Assembly: GCA_965223545.1 (NCBI GenBank)
Contig: OZ245006.1
Span: 5,088,001-5,152,000 of the forward strand
From: Planctomycetota bacterium
GTDB taxonomy: Bacteria > Planctomycetota > UBA1135 > UBA2386
Direction of reading: 5' to 3'
Length of the DNA: 64,000 bases
Shown here: piece by piece, positions 11,359-20,094 of the stretch
Layout of the letters: each line of letters opens with the position of its first letter
How positions within the stretch are numbered: the stretch's first letter is position 1
The notes under the pieces: model-generated
What the model saw: only the letters and a program-made list of their open reading frames with translations
Told to the model about the DNA's origin: nothing
Database searches by the model: none
Translations under genes and position numbers: made by a program

Positions 11359-13017
11359 ATGCACCGTCTCCTACTCGTCGCCCTCTGCTTGGTCACCGCC
11401 TGCGGCGGCTCGTCGCGGACCGGGGGCGGGCCGCCGCCGCCCGGCCCGGGCGGCCCGCCGGGCACCGGCGGACCGCCGCCAGTGGCATCGGGAGTGACGT
11501 ACTGGGTCGACGCGGCGCGCGGCTCGGACGACGCCGACGGGAGATCGCCGGCTTCGGCGTTCCAAACGCTGCACCGGGGGGTGCGCGCGCTGGACGCGGC
11601 GGGTGGCGACGAGCTTTGGCTGTCCGGGACGTTTCGCGAGACCCTGACCTTGAGCGGCATCAACGGTGGTGGGTCTGTGCCTCCGGATCCCAGCCGGCCG
11701 ACGATCATCCGGTGTGCGGAAGATGGCGCGGGTCGACCGGTGCCGGCGGTGATCGATGGCGGTGTGGTGGGCGCGGCGGCGTTCCCCTTCGACCAGCGCG
11801 GACTACCGCCGGGCTTCGGTCCGGGCCAGGGAAACTATCTGGACCGCGGTATCTCGATTGCACAGTGCAACTACATCACGGTCTCGGGCATTCGTGTGCG
11901 CGGCATCGCGGGGGACGCGGTCTACGCCTGGCGGTCTTCGCACCTGCGGTTCGAAGGGCTCACCACCGAGTGGAACGCGTTGTCGGCGATCAAGGTGGTC
12001 AACGGCAAGCGCGTCGACCCACCGGTGTTCGACATCACCGTCGCCCACTGTGACGTGCGGCAGTCGAACCTCGGGCTCTGGGCCAACAAGGCCCTCGGTC
12101 AGGGCTTCAGCATGCAGACCGAAACGGTGTCGTTGGCCGAAGTGCACGGCTTCTCGGTCTACGGCAATCGGTTGCGCAACTCGTTGATGGCGGGGATCGA
12201 CTTCAAGTTCAGCTCGCGCGACGGGCTGATCTACGACAACGACCTCGAGAACATGCGCGCCGCGGCGATCTACGCCAACGAGGGGGACGCCACGCGGATC
12301 TTCCACAACGTGGTCCGACACGTCGGCTACTACGATCCGGAGGATGGCTCTGGCCTGCAGAACGCCAACCAATATCTCGGCCAACGCGGCGGCACCGCCG
12401 CGGGCAGCGAGGACGGTGCGGTCGGAATCCTCATCGCGAACGGAGACCTGCCGCCGTTCGTCGAGTACGAATCGGGCCGGAGCTCGGGCATCGAGGTGTT
12501 CGAGAACACGGTCAGCTGGACGCGGCGGGGCGGCATCGTGGTCTGGAACCAGTGGCTGCGGCAGGGTCGTTCGGGTTGGCAGCTCGACGACCTGCACATC
12601 TACAACAACGTCGTGCACGGTGCCTGCCAGGCGCCCAACTCGGCCACGTTCGGCATCTTCGTCGACGACGGGGTCAGCAACTCGCTGGTCGCCAACAACA
12701 TCGTGACCGCGTGCCCGTCCCCGGCGATCGGCGTCGGCACCGCGGTCTCGCCGATCCTCGCCAGCACCGTACGGGTCACGCACAACCTGTTGTGGGGCAA
12801 CGTCGCGGGCGGCGCTCCCGGCGCCAGCGCCGTGTTCGCCGACCCGAGATTCGTGCGCAGGCCGGGCGCGGTGGGGGCTGCCGAGGACTTCCGGTTGCTA
12901 CCGGCGAGCCCTGCGGTTGGCGCCGGGACGTCCGTGCCACTCGCCAGCGTGGTCGGCGGCGTGGTCGACATCGGCGCGTTTCAGGTCAACGCGCCACCGT
13001 GGCGTCCCTCGCCGTGA
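11359..13017 (+). CDS. Lipoprotein with right-handed parallel beta-helix (pectin-lyase-like) repeats
   Basis: LCLVTA-C lipobox, Pro/Gly linker, YWVDA..GSD..DG.S..AFQTL, Asn-ladder repeats (IYDN, IFHN, VFEN, IYNN, VANN), C-terminal ADPRF..DFRL..SPAV..DIGAF. Confidence 0.8.
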   Translation: MHRLLLVALCLVTACGGSSRTGGGPPPPGPGGPPGTGGPPPVASGVTYWVDAARGSDDADGRSPASAFQTLHRGVRALDAAGGDELWLSGTFRETLTLSGINGGGSVPPDPSRPTIIRCAEDGAGRPVPAVIDGGVVGAAAFPFDQRGLPPGFGPGQGNYLDRGISIAQCNYITVSGIRVRGIAGDAVYAWRSSHLRFEGLTTEWNALSAIKVVNGKRVDPPVFDITVAHCDVRQSNLGLWANKALGQGFSMQTETVSLAEVHGFSVYGNRLRNSLMAGIDFKFSSRDGLIYDNDLENMRAAAIYANEGDATRIFHNVVRHVGYYDPEDGSGLQNANQYLGQRGGTAAGSEDGAVGILIANGDLPPFVEYESGRSSGIEVFENTVSWTRRGGIVVWNQWLRQGRSGWQLDDLHIYNNVVHGACQAPNSATFGIFVDDGVSNSLVANNIVTACPSPAIGVGTAVSPILASTVRVTHNLLWGNVAGGAPGASAVFADPRFVRRPGAVGAAEDFRLLPASPAVGAGTSVPLASVVGGVVDIGAFQVNAPPWRPSP

Positions 13018-13051
13018 CGTGACACCTCGTGCCGGCTGTCCGGCAACCGCG

Positions 13052-14287
13052 CTACAGGCCGGCGCTGCCGGCACGGCGTTGTCTGTAGCGGCCCACCATA
13101 TGGCGAACGCGTTCGATGACGGCGGGATCGTGGATCAACCGGACGTCGTTGTTCGTGTTGTTGACGTGGCCGAACCTGACTTCACCGCGGACGATCGTCA
13201 CGCCGCGAATCTGGATCTTCGCGTCGCCGGCGCGAAACCTCCCAGTGACGTAGACCACACCGTTCAAGTGCGCCACCGACCCCGCGTCGTCGTCGAGATC
13301 GCCGTCCACGACGAGAAGGGTGTCGTCGAGCGTCAGGTCGCCCATGAACCGCAGACCGCCGGCGACGAACACCAGCTTGCCCTCGCCGTTCTGCTCGTTG
13401 GTGTGCAGCCATTCGACGAGCTTGTGCATGTTGGCGCGCTGGCTGCCGGCCTCGATGATCGCATCGCTGTAGGCGCGAAGCTCGTCGAGCCGCATGCCGA
13501 ACACGGCGCCGCTGCCGGCGTCGTAGACCGGTGCCGCGAGTTCGCTCGGGCTCCCCGTCACCGTGGTCGGGTCGGCGATGGTCGTGGAATCGACGATCGC
13601 GACCGGCAGAGTCGCCGGATCTCGGTAGGCGATCGCGGCGCCGCTCGTTCCATCGATGAAGCCCTGCGGCCCGATGACCACGTCGCCGGGTGCATCTACG
13701 CAGAGCGCGGCCGGGACCGGCGGGTTGACGTGCAGCCAACGCAGCTCTGATGTGATGCTCGTGCTGCCGACCTGCTGGTTGGGCTCAGCGTCGAACGGGA
13801 CGGACGGATCACGCCGCCGGTAGACGTAGCTACGCACCCCGATCTCCCACGCGCTTCCCGGGGCCAAGTCTCCGCGCTGGGTGCTGATATCGCTCACCTC
13901 GCCGTGCCGCACTTCGTAGCGGCCCCACAGGTCGCCGCGAATCTCGAACTCGCGCACGAGACCCACCGTCGGATCGATGGTCTCGATGCGCGGTGGGTTG
14001 GCGGACGGGTCGAGTGCTGGGTCGAAAGCGGAGATCGGTTGGCTCGACCGGCTGCGGAACCAACCGACGGCATCTTGCAGCCCCGAGCGGGCGAACGTCT
14101 CCGCCAGCGATGCGCGGTTGTAGCGGGCGTCGCGCTCGCCGCGACGCGCCGCCATGAACGCGGTGTGGCTGACCACCATGCTGGTGGTGATGATCACGAA
14201 CAGGAGCGCCCAGATCAGCGCGCTGCCGCGTTGGGCAGTCGGTGCCCGCAATTGGCTACAACTGGAATGATGCGCGCCTCGCTCCAT
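13052..14287 (-). CDS. PilX/GspK-like minor pilin, paralog 2
   Basis: Class III signal RG|SALIW (no Glu5, as in PilX/GspK), hydrophobic helix, A...A.SG motif; beta-rich C-terminal LVVDG/GVVYVTG repeats. Confidence 0.7.
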   Translation of the reverse strand: MERGAHHSSCSQLRAPTAQRGSALIWALLFVIITTSMVVSHTAFMAARRGERDARYNRASLAETFARSGLQDAVGWFRSRSSQPISAFDPALDPSANPPRIETIDPTVGLVREFEIRGDLWGRYEVRHGEVSDISTQRGDLAPGSAWEIGVRSYVYRRRDPSVPFDAEPNQQVGSTSITSELRWLHVNPPVPAALCVDAPGDVVIGPQGFIDGTSGAAIAYRDPATLPVAIVDSTTIADPTTVTGSPSELAAPVYDAGSGAVFGMRLDELRAYSDAIIEAGSQRANMHKLVEWLHTNEQNGEGKLVFVAGGLRFMGDLTLDDTLLVVDGDLDDDAGSVAHLNGVVYVTGRFRAGDAKIQIRGVTIVRGEVRFGHVNNTNNDVRLIHDPAVIERVRHMVGRYRQRRAGSAGL

Positions 14288-14293
14288 CGCCGA

Positions 14294-15256
14294 TCACTCC
14301 TCGCGGAACCCGATCTGGCGGGTCGCTTCCGCGGCGGCGATGCGCTGCTGCGGCCCCTCGGGAGTGGACGCCACCAGGCGCACGATCAGCAGGCCGCCGG
14401 ACGCGTCGCCGCTGATCTTGGTCTCGAAGCCGTGCGGAAACGTCGCCGTCGCCCGCGCGAACGCCGGCACCTGCGCGGCGACGCAGCCGTTGCGCGCGAC
14501 GATCAGGTTGCGGCGGCTGAACATGCCGAGCTCGGTCTCGGTGGGGTCGCCGGCGAGCCGCTCGTCTACAGGCATCAGCAGTGTGCTGCCGTCGGGCTCG
14601 ATCGTGCGGAACGCGGTCGCCGCCGGCTCGTGCGGGTCCCAGGTGTACCGGACGCCCTGTTGATACAGACCCAGCGCCAGCCGGGTGCGCCGGTCGACGG
14701 GAGTGATCGCCATCAGGTCCGGAAGGCGAGCCATCGGAGCGCTGGTCCAGCGGCTGAGATCCGGTTGGCCCGCGGGTCCGGCCTCGGGGAACCAGCAGAC
14801 CAGGCGAAGCACGTCCACCCGGAGCAGGTCCGTCGGTGCTCCGACGTCGGCGGCGTCGACCAGGGCGTGGCCGTCGCGAACACCGAGGAACAACACGTTG
14901 CCGGTGTAGACCGCGTCGGGTGGGTCGATCCCGAAGCTGGCGTCGGGCGACAACACCGGCATGCGGTTGCCGCTCAACGGTGTGCGGTCGCCGAGTCCCA
15001 TCCGCGCCAGGTAGGCGCGAGACGCACCGTCCTCGGTGTACAGCTGCATCGCCCGGCCCGCGTCGTTCTCGATCATGGCGGCGACGCGCTCGACCAGGGA
15101 GGCGGCCCGCATCTTGTCCTTGACCAAGTTCTGCGAGGCGGCGAGACCGCGCAGGGACTCGACGATCACGGCCGACATCACCACGAGCGCGACGCAGACC
15201 GCGGAGATCTCGACCAGGGACAGTCCGTGTTCGGATTGACGGCGATGGTGGATCAT
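14294..15256 (-). CDS. PilW/GspJ-like minor pilin
   Basis: Prepilin motif HG|LSLVE followed by a hydrophobic helix; ATGA overlap with the upstream stop at 15253-15255. Confidence 0.7.
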   Translation of the reverse strand: MIHHRRQSEHGLSLVEISAVCVALVVMSAVIVESLRGLAASQNLVKDKMRAASLVERVAAMIENDAGRAMQLYTEDGASRAYLARMGLGDRTPLSGNRMPVLSPDASFGIDPPDAVYTGNVLFLGVRDGHALVDAADVGAPTDLLRVDVLRLVCWFPEAGPAGQPDLSRWTSAPMARLPDLMAITPVDRRTRLALGLYQQGVRYTWDPHEPAATAFRTIEPDGSTLLMPVDERLAGDPTETELGMFSRRNLIVARNGCVAAQVPAFARATATFPHGFETKISGDASGGLLIVRLVASTPEGPQQRIAAAEATRQIGFREE

Positions 15257-18200
15257 GGCGTGGTCCTCCGCACGGTGAACTCCAACTCGTGGTGCGACGG
15301 GTGAAGCTCGCCGCTTGCGTGGAAGCAATCGACCCGAGCGACGTAGTCTCCTGCCGGGAAGTTATCGGCACTCAGCACCATCAGATATGACTCGTCGCCC
15401 GGCCCCGCGTCGGCGAAGCGGCGCAGGATGGCGTCGGGCGGCGATCCCGGTGTCGCCGGTGTCTGATCGATGGCGTGGAACCAAAGGCCGTTGGCGACGT
15501 TCTGATAGGAGATCACGTAGTAGAGATCCGGCTCCTGCTCGTCGGCCGGGTCCGGGTAGGCAGCCGTGAACGGCTCGCGGTCGAACCGCACGAACGACGT
15601 CGACCACGTCAGTGGCAGGACGCTCGGGTTGACGAGGATCTCGTCGGGATCGGGGGTAACGAACTCGACCACCGGCGTGTGGTTCGCGACCGTGGCCAGC
15701 GGACGCGGCGCACCCGCGACGTGCAGTGCCCGCAGCCCGTAGAGGAACGCGCGGAAGCACGCGGCCTGGTGGTCGGCGGCCGACGCCGGCGACTCGCCGA
15801 ACGGCACGAAGTAGGCGGTCAGTCCGGTGGTCACCGGGTGGTCGAGCGCGATCACGGCGGCGCCGTGTCCTTCGGCCCCGGCGGTGGAGAAGCTCTCGAG
15901 CAGTGCCGCCGAGTGGTCCGGGTAGACGTCGGGGAAGGCGCGCTGCGGCAGGATCGAAGTGATCGTGCCGGCGAGAGTGAACGGCAGCTCGGCACTGACT
16001 GACGACGGCGTCATCACACCGAGCCGATCGGCCAGGGTGTCGACGTCGGCGACGAGCGTGGCGGCGCCACCGGCCGACAGGGTCGCGGCCAGTGCGTTGT
16101 CCGGCGCCCCCTTCTGCAAGAGGCTGGCGGCGCCGGCGTCCCCGAGGGTGCTGCCACTGGGCTGCTCGAAGCTGGTCCCCATCGGCAGTCCCGAGAGGCT
16201 CGTCGTGCAGCGGACCTCGCGGTGGATACCGCTGCTGGTGCGCAGGTTGCCGTCGGCACGGAAGGCGAGCAGGTCACTCGGCCGGAACAGCTCCGCCATC
16301 CACGGCTTGACCCAGAACGGCGAGGTGGAATCGACCAGGACTGGTCGGCCGAAGCGCTCGCTGGCGCCGAAGGTCGATGGGCTGCTGATGTCGTCGACGG
16401 CGACCGGGCTGGCGGCGCCGTAGAAGTCACCGTGCACCAGCACCGGGTTGACCGCGTCGGTGCCGCCGGGCAGCGCGATCTCGCCTCCGAGCAAGAGTCG
16501 GCCGGCGAGGCGTCCACCCGGGTTGATGAACACCGCCCCCGTCTGCTGCAGGACGTCGCGCCAGACTTGCAGCATGCGCGGCGCGTCTTCGATCACGCCG
16601 TTCAGACCGTCGGCCAGGCGCGAGCCGTCGAGCGACGGCCAGACGCCCTGCATGTTGCCGTTGGCGGGCGACTCGAGATCGTCGAACCACCAGTTGTGGC
16701 CGTTCTTGAACGCGGTGCCGAGCTGGGTGTTGTCGATGTACGGGTTGTGGCGCGGGTCGCCGAGGAACTGGTAGCGCTCGGTGATCGGCACGTCGTTCGG
16801 GTCGGTGCTCCACCAGGCGTATGTGATCGTCACGTTCTCCGGCTGGTTCGGCGTCGGCCAGACGCGGCCGGTCGTGGCGTCCGTGCCGATGCGGGTCGTG
16901 CCGGTGATCACCGACGCGTTCGGCATCTCGCGCTCGAGCGCGGTCTGCGGAATGCGGATGCGCCAGCGCATCGTGTTCTTCGGCTGCGACGGCGACGCCT
17001 CGTTGAGCAGGTTCATGTAGCCGCCGGTGTTCCACACCGGCGACGGCACGTAGTCGGTGCCGTAGAGCCACGAGTTGGAGGCCATGCCCTCGGCGCCGAC
17101 ATCCGGGCAGGCGAGTGGCGTGTTGTAGAGCTTGATGAACGTGTGCGGCGTCGGGACGGCGCTGTATCCGACCTCGTAGTACATCTCGTAGGCGCGGGCC
17201 GCGGCGGCAGAGCTCAGCGCCGTGCCGAACCCGTACTTTCCGCCGGCCGGGGTGCCGGCGGCCCCCGTATCGGGGTGCACACCGCCGGTCTGGTTGTCGA
17301 CGACCAAGTCGCCGCTGAAGTCGCCACCGGCGATCTCCAGCACGATGGGCTCGCCGAGCACGAGCGCTCCCGCGGTCGGGTCGGTCTTGTACGCGTGCAC
17401 GCGGAATTCGACCGGGTTGCCGCCACCTTGGCGAATGGTGTGCAGGCGCCGTGTGTGGGTGGCGACCCTGACGTCGGGCATGTCCTCGCGGACCGCCGGG
17501 TCGGAGTAGTTGCGCACCGGCGGGAACGGCAGTCCCTCGCCGTGCAGGTTGATGATCAGTGCGTTCTTGAAGCGCGTCGGGTCGGCCGCCATGTCGGCCA
17601 AGAGCAGCTGCAACGGCGGCTCGTCCTCGTTCTCGAGGCCGGCGAGGACGCGCTGCTCGAACAGGGCGCGCGCTTCTGGTTCGCGCATGCAGTGGTTGAA
17701 GCGGTCGGCGACCGCGTGTGGGAACGGATTGACCTCGACGTCGTAGCCGTTGAGGACTCCTGTCTCGGTCCGCACGCGGCCGCTGAACAGCTCGGCGGCG
17801 TACAGGGTGCTCGCGCCGTTGCCGGCGGCGAGCTTGCCCGGGTACCAGTACGCCCACGGTGCCGCGGCATCGGCCGCGGTCTGCTGGTTGACGTAGGGCA
17901 CGTACAGCTCGTTGCGGCCGTAGCCCATCTTGCTGATCCAGTGCAGGCGGAAGCGCACGTTCGGATTGGCGCTCTCGATCGAGCTGGCGGTGGTCTGCAG
18001 CTGGGCGCGCAGGGCGGGGAGCGGCATCCACAGCGATGGGGCCTCGGCGAGCGCCAGCACGTACACGTCGTAGTTCTTGACCGAGGGGTTGTGGGTGACC
18101 GGCACACTGACGATGCCCGCGGTACCGCCGGCGACGAGCACGGTGCCGCGGTCATTCATCCGGTGCAGCTCGATGCGGGCGTAGCGGCTGCGGTCGACGC

Positions 18201-18573
18201 CGGGGATCACCTCCAGCTCGATGGTCCGGTACCACCGCCACTCGCCCTGCGCAGTCTTGCTGTTGCCGGACATGATGTCGGCCGGCGATGCCACGGGGCG
18301 CGTGGTGAGGAACGGGTCGAGCACCGGCCGCGCCATGGCATCCAGGTCGGCCAGGGTGGTGATCCGTCGCTGGTCGATGTCGGACTGCAGCTCGGCGAGC
18401 AGGCCGATGGCCTTGCCGTACGCAAACTGCAGCTCGGCGTCCTCGTTGACCTCGCGCACCGAGATCGCGACCTGCTGCACCAGCAGGGTGACCGACACGC
18501 TGACCATCGCGATCGCGAACAGCAGCTCGATGAACGAGCTGCCTGCGATGCGCCGTCGCGAGCCGGCTCTCAC
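15253..18573 (-). CDS. Very large (about 1106 aa) prepilin-type protein, PilV/GspI-like N-terminus with long C-terminal extension
   Basis: GTG 18573 overlaps the upstream TGA (GTGA). AG|SSFIELLFAIAMVSV prepilin motif. The upstream part of the 1582-aa ORF lies over another gene. Confidence 0.7.
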   Translation of the reverse strand: MRAGSRRRIAGSSFIELLFAIAMVSVSVTLLVQQVAISVREVNEDAELQFAYGKAIGLLAELQSDIDQRRITTLADLDAMARPVLDPFLTTRPVASPADIMSGNSKTAQGEWRWYRTIELEVIPGVDRSRYARIELHRMNDRGTVLVAGGTAGIVSVPVTHNPSVKNYDVYVLALAEAPSLWMPLPALRAQLQTTASSIESANPNVRFRLHWISKMGYGRNELYVPYVNQQTAADAAAPWAYWYPGKLAAGNGASTLYAAELFSGRVRTETGVLNGYDVEVNPFPHAVADRFNHCMREPEARALFEQRVLAGLENEDEPPLQLLLADMAADPTRFKNALIINLHGEGLPFPPVRNYSDPAVREDMPDVRVATHTRRLHTIRQGGGNPVEFRVHAYKTDPTAGALVLGEPIVLEIAGGDFSGDLVVDNQTGGVHPDTGAAGTPAGGKYGFGTALSSAAAARAYEMYYEVGYSAVPTPHTFIKLYNTPLACPDVGAEGMASNSWLYGTDYVPSPVWNTGGYMNLLNEASPSQPKNTMRWRIRIPQTALEREMPNASVITGTTRIGTDATTGRVWPTPNQPENVTITYAWWSTDPNDVPITERYQFLGDPRHNPYIDNTQLGTAFKNGHNWWFDDLESPANGNMQGVWPSLDGSRLADGLNGVIEDAPRMLQVWRDVLQQTGAVFINPGGRLAGRLLLGGEIALPGGTDAVNPVLVHGDFYGAASPVAVDDISSPSTFGASERFGRPVLVDSTSPFWVKPWMAELFRPSDLLAFRADGNLRTSSGIHREVRCTTSLSGLPMGTSFEQPSGSTLGDAGAASLLQKGAPDNALAATLSAGGAATLVADVDTLADRLGVMTPSSVSAELPFTLAGTITSILPQRAFPDVYPDHSAALLESFSTAGAEGHGAAVIALDHPVTTGLTAYFVPFGESPASAADHQAACFRAFLYGLRALHVAGAPRPLATVANHTPVVEFVTPDPDEILVNPSVLPLTWSTSFVRFDREPFTAAYPDPADEQEPDLYYVISYQNVANGLWFHAIDQTPATPGSPPDAILRRFADAGPGDESYLMVLSADNFPAGDYVARVDCFHASGELHPSHHELEFTVRRTTP

Positions 18574-19772
18574 AGGCTCGCTCCTCCGGCGCGCCGCTGG
18601 CGGTAGCGGCCGACGCTGGCGCGCACGCGCTCGATCGCCGCGGCGTCGTAGCGCAGCACTATATCCGCGACGTCGCGGTAGTCGCCGAGCTTGACGAACC
18701 CACGGGAGATCATCACGCCGTTGACCTTGAGGATCCCCTCGCCGCTCTTGGTCTCGCCGGTCACGTACAGCACGCCGTCGATCACCGTCTGGTGGCCGAG
18801 GTGGTCGTAGAGCGGGCCGTCGACGACCAACAGGACGTCTTCGAGCGCGATCGTGCCGATCAGGGTCAGGCCGCCGGCGACATAGACCAGCTTGCCGCTG
18901 CGCCGGGTCTCGTCCTCTTCGAGCCACTTGACCAGCGCCCAGGCGTTGGCATCCGGGCCACCCTCGTCGAACAGGGCGTCGCTGTAGGCGCGCAGCTCGT
19001 CCAGACGCATGCCGAACACCGCGCCGGAGTTGGCGTCGTACACGGTCGTCGCCAGTTCGGCAGGGCTTCCGGTCACAGTCGCCTCGGCGTCGAGCGAGGT
19101 GGTGTCCAGCGACATGGTCACGGCCGGGTCGAGGTAGGCGATGGCGGCGCCCCCGCTGCCGTCGATCTCGGCCTGCGCGCCGATGCGCACGTCGGCCGGA
19201 CTGTCGACACACAGGGCGGCCGGCGCCGGCGGGTTGACGTGCAACCAGCGCAGCTCGGAGGTGACCGAAGTGCTGCCCACCTGCAGGTTGGGCTCGGCAT
19301 CGAACGGCGCGGCCGGGTCGCGGCGGCGAAAGATGTAACTGCGCACGCCGATCTCCCAGGCGCTGCCCGGAGCCAGGTCGCCGCGCTGCGAGCTGATGTC
19401 GCTCACTTCCGTGTGCCGGATCTCGTAGCGACCCCAGAGGTCGCCGCGGATCTCGAACTCGCGCACCAGCCCGATGGTCGGATCGATCGTCTCGATCCGC
19501 GGTGGGGTGGCGGTCGGATCGAGGGTCGGATCGAAGGCCGAGATCGGCTGACTCGAGCGGCTGCGGAACCAACCGATCGCGTCTTGTAGCCCGGAGCGGG
19601 CGAAGGTCTCCGCCAGCGAGGCGCGGTTGAAGCGCGCGTCGCGCTCGCCGCGCCGCGCCGCCATGAAGGCGGTGTGGCTCACCACCATGCTGGTGGTGAT
19701 GATCACGAACAGCATCGCCCAGACCAGGGCGCTGCCGCGCTCGTTCGCTCGGTATTGGTTGTGGGCGTTCAG
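18570..19772 (-). CDS. PilX/GspK-like minor pilin, paralog 1 (probable CTG start)
   Basis: Paralog of 13052-14287. The frame continues upstream of ATG 19715 through RG|SALVWA to a CTG at 19772 preceded by GGAG. Confidence 0.7.
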   Translation of the reverse strand: MNAHNQYRANERGSALVWAMLFVIITTSMVVSHTAFMAARRGERDARFNRASLAETFARSGLQDAIGWFRSRSSQPISAFDPTLDPTATPPRIETIDPTIGLVREFEIRGDLWGRYEIRHTEVSDISSQRGDLAPGSAWEIGVRSYIFRRRDPAAPFDAEPNLQVGSTSVTSELRWLHVNPPAPAALCVDSPADVRIGAQAEIDGSGGAAIAYLDPAVTMSLDTTSLDAEATVTGSPAELATTVYDANSGAVFGMRLDELRAYSDALFDEGGPDANAWALVKWLEEDETRRSGKLVYVAGGLTLIGTIALEDVLLVVDGPLYDHLGHQTVIDGVLYVTGETKSGEGILKVNGVMISRGFVKLGDYRDVADIVLRYDAAAIERVRASVGRYRQRRAGGASL

Positions 19773-20035
19773 CTTGCGCTCCGTCGGGTCCCCGTGGCGC
19801 AGATCGGCCAGCCCGGGCGGTCACTGAAGCGGAATCGCCGGCGCTGCAGCCCCGGCCCGACGGCGCGTTGCGATCCGCGGTCGGGTGTCGCGAAAGGAGA
19901 CTGTGACTCGGCGCGTCGAGGGCTATCGCGGCCCCCTCCGGGAAGCTCCGCCCTACCGCTGGGTGGTTGCGGGCTGTCCTGAATCGGGACGCCAACGGCA
20001 CCGCGATCGTCGCGAACCGAGCGCGCGCATCGAGA

Positions 20036-20089
20036 GGTCCCGGTCTCGGACCGGGACCGAGAAAAAGTCGCCAGTCGCGTGGACTGGCG
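20036..20089 (-). terminator. Intrinsic terminator after the Kelch gene plus a second perfect hairpin
   Basis: CGCCAGTC/GACTGGCG stem (20069-20089) followed on the minus strand by ACTTTTT. Adjacent 10-bp perfect stem GGTCCCGGTC-TCG-GACCGGGACC (20036-20058). Confidence 0.7.
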
Positions 20090-20094
20090 GGGCG

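Noticed and set aside
18574..20001. N-terminal 476 aa or so of the 1582-aa ORF 15253-20001
   Set aside because: Arg-rich shadow frame over the pilX-like gene. The real gene starts at the GTG that overlaps its stop codon.
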